Numbered from the whole stretch's first letter, positions 23,400-36,888 are shown. The stretch: 59,473 nucleotides of DNA, filler included, from Sphacelaria rigidula (GCA_964200075.2; 7 parts of 7 records of this genome joined end to end with filler, not necessarily neighbours in it), one strand, 5' to 3'. Program-made: numbers and translations. Notes: generated by a model from the letters alone, not told the origin.

Positions 23400-24060
23400 T
23401 TCCTCAAAAAGTAGGTGGGTACTACACGGTACACCAGCGAAACGCGTTTGGGTGGGCATTGCCACTGTCAAAGACATGTTGCCGTAACACAGGCCGCCGT
23501 ATTACATAACAGTAGCGTTGTTCAAATTGATCGAGGGAGGATCGTGGAGAACGCGACCGCACATCATATGGAGACCCTGGTCGTGTGTTCTTGCATAGAA
23601 CCTTGGTGTATCCACCCCTACTTGTGCTTACAAGCATCGAGCACCGCACGCGCGATACAGTCTGACGGCAGTGAGACAGTAGAAACTGCTATGTAAGTCT
23701 GTGCTGACTGTACAGTAGTCGGAAAGCAGGGGTCCTCACCGAAACGCCAGTCTTCGTTCAACAGCCTTCGGTCGACTCAGCGAGGTAGCATTAGCACTGC
23801 TGCTGTTATTGCTTCTACTGGCGCTATTGAACCTACATCTCCGCATAGACTGCGCAGCACCGTCACGACGCCCAAGGCTCTTTGTAGTCGCCGCCACCGC
23901 CTGGATGGGCAGTCGGAAAGCCATTGATCAAACCTACCAACAACCTTGTAGGAAAGGTCGCCTGCTGCTCGCTTCACTTTGTTTCTCTGCGCACAACAAA
24001 GCTTCAACAAAGCTCTCAATGTGAAATACTTGATTTCCCAGTAGGCGATGCTGCTGCTTC
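23400..24060 (-). pseudogene. Possible highly decayed hAT-like transposase
   Basis: Motif-like fragments in the expected order across frames: YWEIKYF..KLC..WLSDCP (BED-like), FGEDPCF, CRQTVSRAVLD, MPTQTRFAG. Confidence 0.35.
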
Positions 24061-25254
24061 AGATCGTGGCAATGTCGACGACGCTGCAGACTGCACGAGC
24101 AGCGCCTCAACCAGAGCTGGCGCATTGAGCTCGAGCGCACTACGCACAATCTTCCAGTCATATTCCATCCAAATCCAGGGTATGATCGTGTCAAGATATT
24201 TGTGGTTCTTCGACGCCGGGCCCGTGTAAGCAGTAATTTCGAGCAGATCGTATCGTCTCCATGTGTGTCGCCCACCATTAAAATATTGGATATTATTCGA
24301 ACAAGTCTGAATACCTACTCAAAGCCTCGAACACACAGCACACACGTCTTGTTTTTCCCGTTTAGTTGGTGCTATCGAACGGGTTTTGGGTCTGACCAGG
24401 AACGAATGGGCAAATATTGTTATCCTGGGGCTGGATGGATTGAGGGACAGTGTATAGTATCGGTCGAAGGACAAAATGGCAGCGGCACAGCAACACGGTG
24501 GCGTAGAAGTGGTGACTAGGCAGTTCAAAAGCGACAATAACGACATCGTGCTTTGCAACGAAAACATCAAAATCAAGGTAAATGCCATAGATGCCTCCCC
24601 GCGCCCCCCTGCTGCGTGCTACATCCGGCCTCTCTGCCGTGCGCTGTATCTTACTCTTTTGCGGTGCTGATTGCTCCGGTACGACAAGATATTTCTCGTG
24701 CCTGGACATTAAACCACTTGACGTGGAGAGTAACTGCATTTTTTGTACACCCAGCATCATTCTCTCGACACGTTGACTATTCCCTCGGAGGTATATATGC
24801 GTCAATAACTGCGGAAGATACGTTTGGCCAACGCGGGGTTGGGTGGCATTTTCTTCTTCACAGGACTAAACTTGTGCTCTGGGCTAGGTCGCATTTCGGA
24901 ACACTTTTATAGTCAGCGCGTTACTTACACGTAGATTAGAGAAAAATCTGTATCTCCGGCGGCGACAACAACTCCAAGCCCGATTTTTCTTGTGAACACG
25001 GGATCGCAATACTGTAAGTTCGTGAAAAATCGTCTACCGAACGGTGTCGACAACGTTTCCCCGGTTCAACCCCATCTTCCCTTTGACGCCAGACGCACAG
25101 ACCGTCCTCAGATCGACCACTAGAATGTGTGCCGAACAACTGCTTTGTTCGAGGAACATGCGTGAGTCCAGTGTTGGAGTCCGCAGATTATACGGAATGC
25201 TGTCATTGTGGGTTGAGCTCCCAAGTAGAACGGAGGTGCTCGACCATCGCATGT

Positions 25255-25327
25255 CGGGGTTAACCCTTAGACCGCGAGGTTAGTCTTCTGTTGAATCGGC
25301 ATCAATTTCAAGTGGAAAAAAGTAGGG
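25255..25327 (-). repeat. Single inverted unit of the contig-7 palindromic repeat family
   Basis: GGTTAACCCTTAGACCGCGAGG...GAATCGGCATCAATTTCA is the reverse complement of units at 56690-56760. Confidence 0.75.
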
Positions 25328-25433
25328 CAATACACAAAAAAGGGTAGACCCTTATGCTTTTGGAGCAAAAAAGGGTGGCGCATTTTTCGCTTGGGGGCGC
25401 GGCGCTGCACGCTGGCCAAACACCTCGAAAACA

Positions 25434-25533
25434 NNNNNNNNNNNNNNNNNNNNNNNNNNNNNNNNNNNNNNNNNNNNTTAATTAATTAANNNNNNNNNNN
25501 NNNNNNNNNNNNNNNNNNNNNNNNNNNNNNNNN
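25434..25533. other. Artificial contig linker
   Basis: Same 100-bp linker. Confidence 0.99.
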
Positions 25534-25730
25534 CGTCACGCCGATTCGGAGTCAGACCACGACTGGAACGTACCGAGCCAGCTGATACGATACAAGACAC
25601 CGAGAAATTTCCATGACAACATGTCACGGCGATGGATCTCCTCCAGGTGCTCACGTGATAGACTGACTACCTCCCATACATCACAGAAAGTCGGGTAGGA
25701 GCACGACAGATGGACGGCCAGGAAGTCGGT

Positions 25731-25754
25731 CACACACACACACACACACACACA
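25731..25754. repeat. (CA)n microsatellite
   Basis: Direct reading. Confidence 0.95.
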
Positions 25755-26206
25755 TCTCAACCGACCACTCATGTATCGAACCCGGCCTCACACCAGCGCA
25801 GTCACCCGGCGTTACTCGTACCAACATTGCCTTCAGCGCAACCGTGCGCCATCCCGAGGTCGGGTTGAGGCGCTCCCGGTAGCAATACAGTACATGGCTG
25901 GATTTCGAGCGTCCAGTTCACGGACCCTGGGCGATTTTTTCGGCTCTCCTCGGCTAGAAACACGCACATATCCACCACTGCAGTAGATAGCATTCGGCAC
26001 CACCACCTTCCAGCAAGCCGTCCTGGATCGACCGCCACCACGAGGGCGACCTCCCCGACATCACCCCCCCTCCTGCAAGAGCTTCTTACAGCTCCATGCC
26101 AGTTCCTCACTCCGGTTGATGTACCATGCAAACAACAACCGTAGTTCACTCACCACACAAGATGACCGTGGGGATATCTCATCCTCAACACAAGAGTTGC
26201 GGAATT

Positions 26207-28960
26207 TCAAATCCGCCACATTGTTCCCACAGCTAGGGAACTTGTCACACATGAGGTTTGGCGGTGGCAACTATATGGCTTCTGTTCTCTATTGCTTCGC
26301 CACAAGGGGCGATTCTGTGCATCTACTTCCGTCCCCTCTCGACTACTGGTACGGGTATATCTCTTTCTTCTCTCTGGCAGGTCCGGGTCGCCCAGCCGAG
26401 ATCTCAGTTTCGGATATTTCGCCGCGTCCATCGGGCCACGCAGACACGCGTTCATCATCACTATCCCCTCTCTCAATCTCCCGTCTATCTTCAGGTGCTC
26501 TTCCTCGTCTACTTTGTGTCTGAGCGCTTTTTTTCTCCTTATTTCTACCATGTCTCTTACTGTTGTCTTTTACCCCGCATCTGCTTCACCTATGGACAGT
26601 ACCTCGTCTTGGTTTCCTCCGATTTTCGTCCATACGTTCTCGACTTCTCCATCCCACCCTATTCCAGCCTGCCCGTTCGTTACGTTCTTCCATACAGCTC
26701 CATCAACAATGGATGATACGCTGTTTCTCTGCATCATGTTTTTTACGCTGTATCACCACCCCAATTTCATCATGCCTCTGTTTGTTTGAGGTGGGTACAT
26801 TCACAACTCTGCTCTCAATGGTTTATTGTTACTCGTCGTTTTCGAGCATACGAGCAGGTTTTTAGCAGCCGCCATCTGTGATGTTTGCAACTTCTTCACC
26901 AACTCCACTATTCTAGCCTCGGTACATTGGTACGTTCATCAGGATACATCTCTTAATCCTAGTGTCTAGGTGCGAGTCTCTGAGGATCACGTCCATCCTG
27001 CCTATCTGCGCCTCACCGTCGTCATTAACTTTATTCATGCGTGAATCCCAACAACAGTGTTTTAGATCTCCACGCCAAGGTGTGTATACTGGTCCACGAT
27101 CGGCAGTTTCTCTTCTCCCCACTTCTATTTGGTCTCTACCGGATGTTTCTCATCTTCGTTACATACGAGTGCCCAGCATTTGTGAACGTTCGCTGTCGGT
27201 CCCCCTTTCCTAGTGTGTTCCACTTGATTGATTGATTGATTGATCGATCGATTGTCGCACTTTAACTGAGCCCCCAGGGATCCAGCCGCGGTCACATGAT
27301 AGTAGTACCCAAGACGAAACAATACTGAAACAAACACTCGCTGAAGAAAAAGAAGGAACAGAAAACGTCAAACAGAACTACACAGTAGACTAAGGCGTGG
27401 AAAAAATGAGGATCAAAAGTCAAGAAGAGCAAAGGGCAGAATGAAACGGTCGGTCTCAAACGAACATTGCCTTTGCCGTTTGTTCCTGTTATCCTTCTGG
27501 TGCTCCTGAGATCCCCACAAAATCATCCGTGAACATCAATCCTGATACCATATCTTCACCCACCTTGACTCCTTGCTTCGCTACTTCTATTGCTATTATC
27601 AGGCCGTTTGTAAACACCTCGAATATAGTGGGTGATAAAATCACTTCCTTGCGCAACTCCTTGTAAAATAACAAAATATTTGATGTCTCCTCGTCTAGCA
27701 TCCTGGCACTTTTGGCATATTCTATCATCTTCTTCCCCATTCTCCACATCTTTCTTTTTCTCACAACTTTTTCCACGGCCCATTTCTCCACCATACGGTG
27801 TCATGAGCCTTTTGCACGTCCAGAAAGAAACAGTACGTCGTTAGCCCGGTGTCTTTCCTACCCTGAATAATCTTGCCTAGTGTACACACACATGGTCGAC
27901 GCAACTACGGTTGGGTCCAACACCTGCTTGCCCCTGGCTGATTTTGCTTCTTTCTCTAGCATCGTTCCTGTTCTGTCGTTCAGAATCTTACAGAATGTTT
28001 TACCTACGGTGCTCAGCGGCGTTATCCCTCTGTAATTTCCTGGGTCAGCCTTGTCTCGTTTGCTGAAAAGGTTGACCACTACTCCTCTCCACCTCTTGGG
28101 TGTGTACTCGTTTCCCACATGCAGTTATACAGCACAACCATCGTGGTAATTATTTCCTCTCCCCCGTACTAAAGAAACTCATTCACCATGTCGGCTGCCC
28201 CTGCTGCCTTCCTCTTCTCAAGTTTAGCTACGCACCCCTTTACTTCATCTCTGGTGAACACTCATCTGCAATTCTTTCGAGTCATTATCCTCCCGTGTGG
28301 ATGCCTCTACATTTGCCTTCGCTCACGCGTTGACCTCTTTTTCGAATTTCGTGTCGGACTTCATGCTAGTTTTTCGTGTTCCTAGTTTGCGGCAGTGCTC
28401 TACTCGCCCTTCTCCCTTCCCCTTCGAACGACTGACCATTTTACCGCTATGTGCCCGTAGTGTGGCTACTCTGTTGTTCATCATTCTTGCCTAGCTTCCC
28501 ATGATCCCTTTTATCCCTACCCACATATGTTCTATCCCTCCATCGAAATCTTCCTTTGCTTTGTTCACTACATCCTTCTTCCCTACCATCTTCTTTACTT
28601 CGTTTTTATATACCTTCCATCCTACCGTAGTTTCACTCGATACGCATCTATCGTGGGCCTGTCTCCTTACCTTTACAGCCTCTACAAATTCCTCATCTCA
28701 CCATTTTACTGCTCTGTTGCATACGATCAGTTTCTTCCGTAATGACTTTCACTCGCTATGTTCTTGACCAACTGCTACCATCCTTCTATAATCTTCGCTC
28801 CTGCCCGATCCCTTTTCATGTCGGTATCAACTGTACCTACGCGTTTCAACAGGTCGGAGAATTTTACTGCATTTTTGGCCATATCTTCTCGGAAGTCTTG
28901 CTGTTTTTCGGCCATTTCTAGGTCATCGACTCTCCATTTGTACAACTTCCTACCCCGCAT
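26207..28960 (-). mobile_element. Decayed non-LTR retrotransposon (LINE) ORF2: RT and C-terminal region
   Basis: DPGNYRGITPLSTVGKTFCKIL, FFLDVQKAHD, GVAQG, LSPTIF, GLMFTDDFVG, YTHLGVEI; frameshifted. Confidence 0.92.
27224..27465 (-). mobile_element. Retroposon 3'-end insertion with (ATCA)n tail inside the LINE RT
   Basis: (GATT)n at ~27227-27244; interrupts the RT peptide QEQTAKA / VEHTRK. Confidence 0.65.
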
Positions 28961-30255
28961 ATTTATTTTAGCTCTCGTCTGCTGGTATATAGATGGTACC
29001 GGACGGGGGGTGACGCTTCTCGATTCCACTTCTGGCTCGGTAAGAAAGCCGAGGACATCCCTGAGATATGGTTTGCTCAGAATCCACAAGAAACATTGGT
29101 GTGAAGTAGGATTAGTGACCTTTAGTGACCTCTGCAAACAGCTAGTGGGCAGATTTCATCGTCGTCAACTCCAGCTTTGACACCCGCGCACGACGGAGTG
29201 CTATACCACGGAGTGACGATACAGGGAGAAGCACCTAGGCATCCACTACACGTCCCGCCCTCGGTACTCGGTGGGTTGTTCGCTGTGCGCTAAATGGAGC
29301 GTAACACGTGGGTATGCATACACATACATACACATCATCAAAAAGTGCTATCATGAGCAACCACGGGATTGACTCAGCATGGCTCGATTTGGGATATACG
29401 CCTAGTCTCTGCGCTCGTTCTACTAGGGTCGAGACCAATCACGGCTTGGGTGCGTTTTTCTTCTTCTGTTTTTTTAGCTACGCTAGGTTGAAAATATCCA
29501 CAAGCCGTTTGTTATCAGGAGGACAATCCGAAAATACCCGTCCATCCTTCACGACCGACAGCACAGGGTGTCGCCGTACCAAACTCATTTTCGCCTCCCC
29601 TCCCCAAGACAAAACATCCATTGCAACTTTGCCGATCAATTTCGCTCAACCTTGCCAAGCTGGGGGGTGGGATCTACAGTCTACGCCGTCATCAACTCAG
29701 GCATACCTTGGAGCATGTTCCCACGCTTTCCACCCGGGCCAGATCCTTCAGCATCTCCTCTACATTATCTGGGCCGATGACCGGCAACTGCGGTGGGCCC
29801 AACGAAACAGTTAACGGGTTGAACGGACAGTAGAGGAAGTAGGAACGGCGGAGTTGGGGGCATAAGACCGTGTATAGTGTCCACGGCGCGTTGGTCTGCA
29901 CCTATGCACGACACACGCATAGGGCGGCAATACTTCTCAGCATCGATGACATCATGTTCAACAGTCGCATCGAAGAAAAATGTCAGAAATTTCTCCATCG
30001 CCTCGACGCGATAGCTCGATTTCATCGACCAGACCTCGTCCGACTAGAGCGCAGGCGAGCGCCGAGATTATTTAGAGTTCATGTGTGCGATCATTCTCAC
30101 ATCCCAACATTGGTCTCGAGCCTGTCATGCAACCCCCCGGCTCAACCTAGTCCCTGCTCATGGCAACGTGCGTACAGAGGGGCACGCGTGTTGAAGATGC
30201 GTTCAATGCCGGAAGGGGGACCCGCGCGTGGGTGCGAATGCATCCCACCGCTCTC

Positions 30256-30296
30256 TGCAAGAATAATGCAAGAATAATGCAAGAATAATGCAAGAA
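30256..30296. repeat. 11-bp minisatellite (TGCAAGAATAA)x3.7
   Basis: Direct reading. Confidence 0.95.
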
Positions 30297-31920
30297 AAAA
30301 AAGCGAAGTCGCAATCCTCGGGCAAAAACAGACTGTAATACGTCATCGAAGCACAACAGAGCTTTGGGGGTGACACTACCGCCTGAAGGACGTGAGAATC
30401 GGGGGAAACACCTCTCCTCCCCGCGCTGTCGGAAAGCCGGAACAAGACGATGATGTCGGCACTCAGAGCTTCCCAGAGCGTTGCTTGGCCCCTCTGAGCT
30501 CTGGCTCTCACACGGTTCAGCGCAAACTACGAACCAAGGTGAAACACGCTGGGCGTACGAGCTGGTCGGCCATAAAGCAGGACAGACCGGGTAAACCCCT
30601 GGTCGTTGATCTTTCAGAACAGCATCCCACTGTCCAGCCTGCAGTGCCCTGACCATAATTTTACATGTGACTCATGCAAGTGGGGTCGGATTTGAAACAG
30701 CGTCATCTGATTCACGTACAGGCTGGTTCACGCTTATCGCCCAAAATTGTGTCATCAGCAAATGCCTTTCGCAATACATACCCAAGAGTCGCAAACATGA
30801 TATCATACTGACCGCCATGGACAGCTGAAGAGCGTGACATAGCCGAATTTGTGTGTAAGGCCATAGTGGTAGCGCCAAGGGCGAAAACGTATACCGACCG
30901 ATCAGCGCCCGTCAAATTGTTCCGAGATCGAAATTACGAACTCCGAGCCCAATTTTCACCCCATCTCCACCACGTGCTTCAAATCGTAATATCAGTCATC
31001 GGCTCCGCAATCTGACGAAAAACAACATATTTTGAAACGGCTACTACGCGGGTCGAATTATGACCGAAACCGGGATGTTTCGGCGATATGGGGTGTTGGC
31101 GTCGTCTAATTTCCACTAATGACGCGCACGAAAGATCCAGGGAGCCTTGTGACGGTGTCCCGTATGTCTGTTGTAGAAAAGCTCAGATCGCCCTCAAACT
31201 TGGCAGTTCCGTAGGTATTCCTGCTCAAAATGGGAAAAAAAAAAAATCTGAACAATATTTCATGGTTTCTCCGTTCTCTAACGACTCCCGCGGGTCCAAG
31301 TATGAAGACCCCCGAAAGGCGGTACAGAATGCCTCAAAATAAAAAGAATAAAATCATGCGTCCCGGAGGTAGTCCAAGGAACACATGTACAAAGTTTGGT
31401 GGATAACTAAAAAGACTCAAACATTTTTTTTCGCCTTGACGTGAAACTTACCCCAAAAGACGTTTCCATACTAAAATCAAGTAGTTGGGACTTGAACGTT
31501 TCAAGTCCACGTTCCCCACAAACGCGCAAACCTTCACGCCATTATTACGAGTTAGAATCTGAAACCTTGCACAAATATGGTATGTGTCATTACGCAACTT
31601 TCTATGGACAAGCTTCTTTACCACTTGAGGTTTTCACCGTTTTGGGGGGGGTTCCACGGGATCCAAGTCGTTTCTCGCAGCAGTCTCCATTATGGGACCC
31701 CGGAAAATCAGCACTACGACTTTTTCTCATTTTTTTCGCTCCGTGACGAGTCGTCTCCGCATAACCTCAAGAAAGGTTCCACACAATTTCGTCGCAAAAC
31801 TCAATCAATTGATACTTGAATTTGAATGTTCACGTCAAAGAAGGCCCAAAAACGCCGTTTCGGTACGAAAATCAATTGGCTTGCGGTTTCACCGCGGTAC
31901 GCCAAGGTTTACCGCACGAA

Positions 31921-32218
31921 AGCGAAAAACCTCACGCGTCTCGAGGAGACATTTAGACCCTGAAAGTTTGCACAGCTGTTCTATGCGTGATTACGCAACT
32001 TTGAAAGAACGAGTTTTTTTCGTCGATACCGTTTTACGGGGTCCGACTGGATCGATGTTTTCCCGAAAATTTGGGGACCCCCGAAAAGAGGTGAAAACAG
32101 TCGAAAAGTAGAAAAGTGAAGAAAAAGTCGTTCTTCGAAAGTTGCGAAGTGGCCCATAGAACAGCTGTGCAAAAATTCAGGGTCTAACTCCTTTCAACGG
32201 CGTGAGGTTTTGCCGATA
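31921..32218. repeat. Inverted repeat (~95-bp arms), probable TE subterminal structure
   Basis: TTAGACCCTGAA..TTTGCACAGCTGTTCTATG at 31953, inverse ending at 32187; related diverged direct unit at ~31552. Confidence 0.8.
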
Positions 32219-33556
32219 GGTGTTTCTTGGGTGATAAGCGTGAACCAGCTGGTAGAGCAGCAGCGTTCAGCGTTGTATTCCCTGTGATTGTCGGGCACCT
32301 CAGCAGTATGCAACAAAAGCGGTCGTGCCAACGACCCAAAACGTGCAGCAAAGCAGAGCGCGATTTCCCAGTCAAGGACCAATGAAGCAAGCTGTAAATA
32401 CAGCACCACCTCAGGAGCTCACGACGTACTCGGCACCCTTACCAACGCCAACGCGGTGAGGGCGTACCCTGTGCGAAAGGGTCTTGTTCATCTTTGCCAT
32501 GCCTGCGCAGCAATGAGCATGTGTTACTAGAGCTCAGAAATCGTTTGTCTCACCATCAACCAGTAAAACGACACATAATGGTTTGGTCATCGAGCGACGA
32601 AGCTGCGACGCGGGCCAAAACGTCTCCCCTCGCAAAGGGGGCCCCGCCGGAGGCGCCGTGCCAGAGGCAAGCTTTCACGCGATTGGGCTTCACTAGCGCT
32701 ACCAAACACGTTGGATTTTGGCCAACTTTCAAGGGCTGTATGTAGCATACGCAGGCGATAATGGCTTGAAAGCCGGTAACGGTGAATAATGGTTTCATAC
32801 CATTATCCCAAATCTTCATGTAACCATTACCATCATTACCATTATACTGATAATGGCCAGTTGTAAAACTGGTACCATCTCCAAGCTCCATATTTCACTG
32901 ATTGATTAATGATCACACCCCCCAACTGAGCTTCGGGCCTTGCGTGCCGACATGGTCGGGACAAACAGATCAATTGACGTTTCCAACGTCACTGAGCAGT
33001 CGCTTGTTACTTCCCCAAGATGCTCATCATATCTGCGCATTTTGTTTCATTTTCAGTTTACGGGCTTCTTCTCCGTTCAGTACGGTACAAACAGGAAGTG
33101 CGGCAGAGAACCATGCTGGCGTAAACTACTCTGGAATGAGCTCAAAACAACTCATCTCACGACGGAAGCCACATCTTCTCTGACTCTCTATCGGTGCTCC
33201 ATTCTGTGGATCGGCACCGTTTGTGTTCATGCCAAGCAGAACTACAACATGCGGAAGCTGGTAGGAATTGTATTCCACGGGCTCGCTCGACACTGGGTTC
33301 TGTTCACAAAATTCCGACTCAGCGTGGCTCTCTCCCTTCGGCGTCATATGATGGATCACTATATTACCCGAATCCTATCTCGCGGCTGCCGTCGTAGTAC
33401 TCTTAGCCCGTGGAATATTTCGAACTTCTGTGATACTCAGCCGTACCTCCCTCAATGTTGAGTGATTACTGCTCGGTACAACCGAGACTCCTCCTCGTCT
33501 GTGATCACGTCGCTGTTTCGCCCATCAAGATTTCGTCGGTTCTGCTGTCATCTCAC

Positions 33557-33667
33557 CTCGATACTCATGAACGGCGTGGAGGTCACCGACGTGCCCACGG
33601 TCGCATCCTCCGCGTTCAACGCCGTCGTCACCTCTTGCCTCCACCTCCCGAAGAAAAGTGCACTGAT
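33557..33667 (-). CDS. Isolated internal exon of an unknown host gene
   Basis: Pyrimidine tract and TGCAG acceptor, GAG|GTGAGA donor, 111 bp phase 0-0, high GC3; ISALFFGRWRQEVTTALNAEDATVGTSVTSTPFMSIE. Confidence 0.6.
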
Positions 33668-33943
33668 CTGCACCCGTACGTCCCGTACGGAGCGGAAAAA
33701 GGGAGAAAACGGCGTGTGCACATCATGTATTGATCGAGTTGCACTGCTTTCATGTGAGAACACGCTGCTATTAGCGGAAGGTATGCGCTGCCTCCAAAGT
33801 GGGTTACATACACTACACCAGGAGGGTGTGTTCGTGTGTGTGCAAGCCGCAGCTGAGTCGAACCACACGGTAGTTCTGCGGTGTCGTCCGCGGTTGGCCA
33901 CGCTGCCAAGAGCCATTACAAGAAGGAGGGCACAAAACAAGAT

Positions 33944-34043
33944 NNNNNNNNNNNNNNNNNNNNNNNNNNNNNNNNNNNNNNNNNNNNTTAATTAATTAAN
34001 NNNNNNNNNNNNNNNNNNNNNNNNNNNNNNNNNNNNNNNNNNN
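33944..34043. other. Artificial contig linker
   Basis: Same 100-bp linker. Confidence 0.99.
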
Positions 34044-34192
34044 ACCAAAAGAAACAAAGGATAACGCCCCCCCCGCCCCGCCACCCGAGGTCAATGGTCT
34101 GATGACTATGGCATGCATGATCATGAGTACACCCCCCCCCTCCCCGCCCACCCGCTCGCTCTCTTTCACTTTCAAAGTGATTTTTCACGTAC

Positions 34193-34348
34193 CTGCTGCT
34201 GCCACGGGGATACTTGTTTGCAATCCTCGCTTTTGCCCGTTGATCCCCCACTCGCAGTCGGGAACATGGCGTTGTTGTTGTCTTCTGGAGACAAAATGCC
34301 GCCCCCACCGGCAGCGGCGGGTTGCTGACGATTGGCATTGTCGGGCTG
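34193..34348 (-). CDS. Contig-5 gene, exon E (last visible)
   Basis: CTGCAG acceptor (NAGNAG), CAG|GTACGT donor, phase 0-0; QPDNANRQQPAAAGGGGILSPED...SPWQQQ. Confidence 0.65.
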
Positions 34349-34635
34349 CTGCAGGCGGCGAGGAAGTTGGGGTAGTCGGGTAAAGAGGGGTGCTCAATGC
34401 CACTTCTTCCACGGGAGGAGTCCGTCATCTCAAGAGACCCACGATAATTTCATTTCCCTCCCGGTACACGCCTTGGATTTTGGTATCGCAGATTGAAGTG
34501 CATCAGCATTCCCGCGCACTGCGTTGACCATCGTCCGATAGATTCTCTTTCGCCACAAACACCCTCCCGCTTTTCAACGACGGATATCACACACACAGAA
34601 GCAAGAACGAGCACCAAAATAACTGAAGCCTCTTT

Positions 34636-34704
34636 CGCCGGGATTCGAATGGTGGTCTTCCCCCCTAGCTCGCTTCACTTATTCCCAATCAGATCACCGG
34701 GGCG
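34636..34704 (-). mobile_element. Degenerate tRNA-derived SINE head (intronic)
   Basis: A-box-like TGATCTGATTGG and B-box-like ATTCGAATCCC. Confidence 0.45.
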
Positions 34705-34848
34705 CGCAGCGGTTATGTATCGATGTACATCGCGTAGTCCATTGCCGACACAAAGATCAAAAGGGCGGCTACGATTAGAGCTCTCGGTCTCTACGGGAAA
34801 ATCATGCCACTATATGGGGGTTTCAATAAACACTAAGTGCATATATTG

Positions 34849-35987
34849 CACACCCTGGACAATACGATATGTACTATGTGTTGCCTGCTCAAAATGTCGA
34901 CGCGTCGGATGGTCAACATATATTGGGCAAGCAATATGATGGCACGAGAGGGTCAATATATATATATATATATATATATATCGTGCCATCAACATGTCAA
35001 GTTTCGCGGCATGCAATATATAGCAACTGAACAGTATATCACGACACGCGCCACCTCAATATATATTGGCCGAGTAACATGTTGGCGCGGTAAGGCACGA
35101 ATGTACATTTGTCGAGTAATATGTTGGCTGCCACACGAGGTCAATATATATTGATCATTCAATATGCTCAACACCCGCAGCGCCAAAATATATTGCCGCG
35201 CCAATATATCGTGCGTCGATGCGTCCAATATATATTGGGCGGACGATACACGAGGTCTTTGTTGGTATGTTATCATACAGGAATATATCGCATTTTCCAT
35301 GGCATAAGCAACACAGCACTGGTGACCACAGGGGTATCAAAAGACGCATATCGACCCGCGTCTTCTGTCGTCGTGATGTTTACCGAAGATGTATTACATG
35401 TTGTGAAGGGGATGGGCGACCCCGCAACGGTGGCCAGAGAGGTATCAGAAGGCATATATACCGGGTTGCCTCTTCTGCCACCATATTTTCTGACCAGTAT
35501 ATATATCTGTATATATATATATATATCAAACGAATTCGACAACTCTTCGTAGCAATACACGTGAACTCCTGCGGCTCCGTTCGAAGCTTTTCTCAATCTG
35601 CACGTGCTCCGGCATCCACCGCAGCTGGATATTTCTTGAAGTGTACACCTCTCTGATGTGTTGTCGTGTGTGTGTTGTCGTCCCATTTATTCTGGGCGCC
35701 AGTCTACCCTTTTCGGGATATGTGGGCGCATCAGCCGGGGTCACACAGGAGGAAGGTCAACACAGGGGCTTTTTCCTTTTCACTTGTTTTTAGTACCCCA
35801 CCCTAATATACATTGATCGTGCAATATGCCGTCGCTCACACTGTCCCAATATATATTGGGCGGGCAATATGTATGCAGTCCAAGGGTACCAATATATATA
35901 TATATATATTACATTGGCAATGTCTCGCAAAATTCCAATATGATCGACTAATATTTATTGAAAACATTTTGTGTTGTCCAGGGAGTG
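34849..35987. mobile_element. CAC-terminated non-autonomous element with AT-rich palindromic subrepeats (intronic)
   Basis: CACACCCTGGACAA...TTGTCCAGGGAGTG; CAATATATATTG units; same TIR as 43179-43315; no matching TSD. Confidence 0.7.
35657..35803 (-). mobile_element. 3' end of a LINE/SINE family with CA-rich tail
   Basis: Close match to 50789-50937 (GTCGTCCCATTT.TTCTGG...CAGCCGGGGTCACACAGGAGGAAGGTCAACACAGG). Confidence 0.8.
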
Positions 35988-36010
35988 AAATATTGAGAAA
36001 CGACTTTTAC

Positions 36011-36173
36011 CTGTGGCGCCGAAAGTGAGAAGGACGACGGTGGGCGGTCGCTGTTACTCGAGTTACTCCCTCCCGCGGCGCCGGCGCCCCCGGCTCCGCC
36101 AGTGCCGCCACCGCTGCCACCGCTGCTACTCGAGCTGCCGCTGCGGGTGCTGACTTCATCTGGGAAGTACCCC
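36011..36173 (-). CDS. Contig-5 gene, exon D (Gly/Ser-rich)
   Basis: Long pyrimidine tract, GCAG acceptor, CAG|GTAAAA donor; phase 2-0; GYFPDEVSTRSGSSSSSGG...SAPQ. Confidence 0.7.
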
Positions 36174-36801
36174 CTGCTCTCGGTTCCAAGAATTGTTCGC
36201 GAAGGTGCGAGAGGAAGCGGAAGGGGAGGACGGGGTAAAAGTGAGAAACAGAGAAAGTGCGAATGAGGCAGGGAGTACTTACATCCCATTCGCACCGGGG
36301 CGAGCATAAAAAATCGAGAGAGTTTCGCCGTCACGCTCCGCAGCAAAAACGCAAAAATAAGAGTCGTTGCACTAGTCTCATCAACACGGACAAATTTCAC
36401 TAGTCTGATCGTTCATTTATACTTTTGCTGTACGCACGGGGGTCGTAAACGCAAATGTAGATGGGTTTTTTGGGGGTCAATTTACACCCCACTTGATGGT
36501 GTTCGAGCAGCGCCAACAGCGCGCGGTGTGAGTCAAGCGCATTCAGGCACTGAAGCCGGCAAGGGGTCAGAACAGGAAAATCCCGTACAAAGATGCGAGC
36601 ATTTCGCACAATCGGCCGACGTACGCAGAAACAAAAAAACAAGCTATCCTGTGGCAAATCACTTCGACGATTGAAAAAAAAACGAAACGAGCATGATGCG
36701 CTGTTTTTTTCGGGTTTTTTTCGTTTTTTGCTTTCGAACAATCAAACAAATTGGAATAGAGCGAGTGGCCTTCAAAACGCTGGGTCCGACCCCTCCCTCA
36801 C

Positions 36802-36888
36802 TTGATCAGGGTCTTGGGTGCATCTCCCATCGAAAGTCCGAGCAGGATGACGATCACGCCGGGAGCCTCCGTCGCGTTCCCATGTTGT
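36802..36888 (-). CDS. Contig-5 gene, exon C
   Basis: TCCAG acceptor, AA|GTGAGG donor, 87 bp phase 2-2; QHGNATEAPGVIVILLGLSMGDAPKTLI. Confidence 0.7.
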
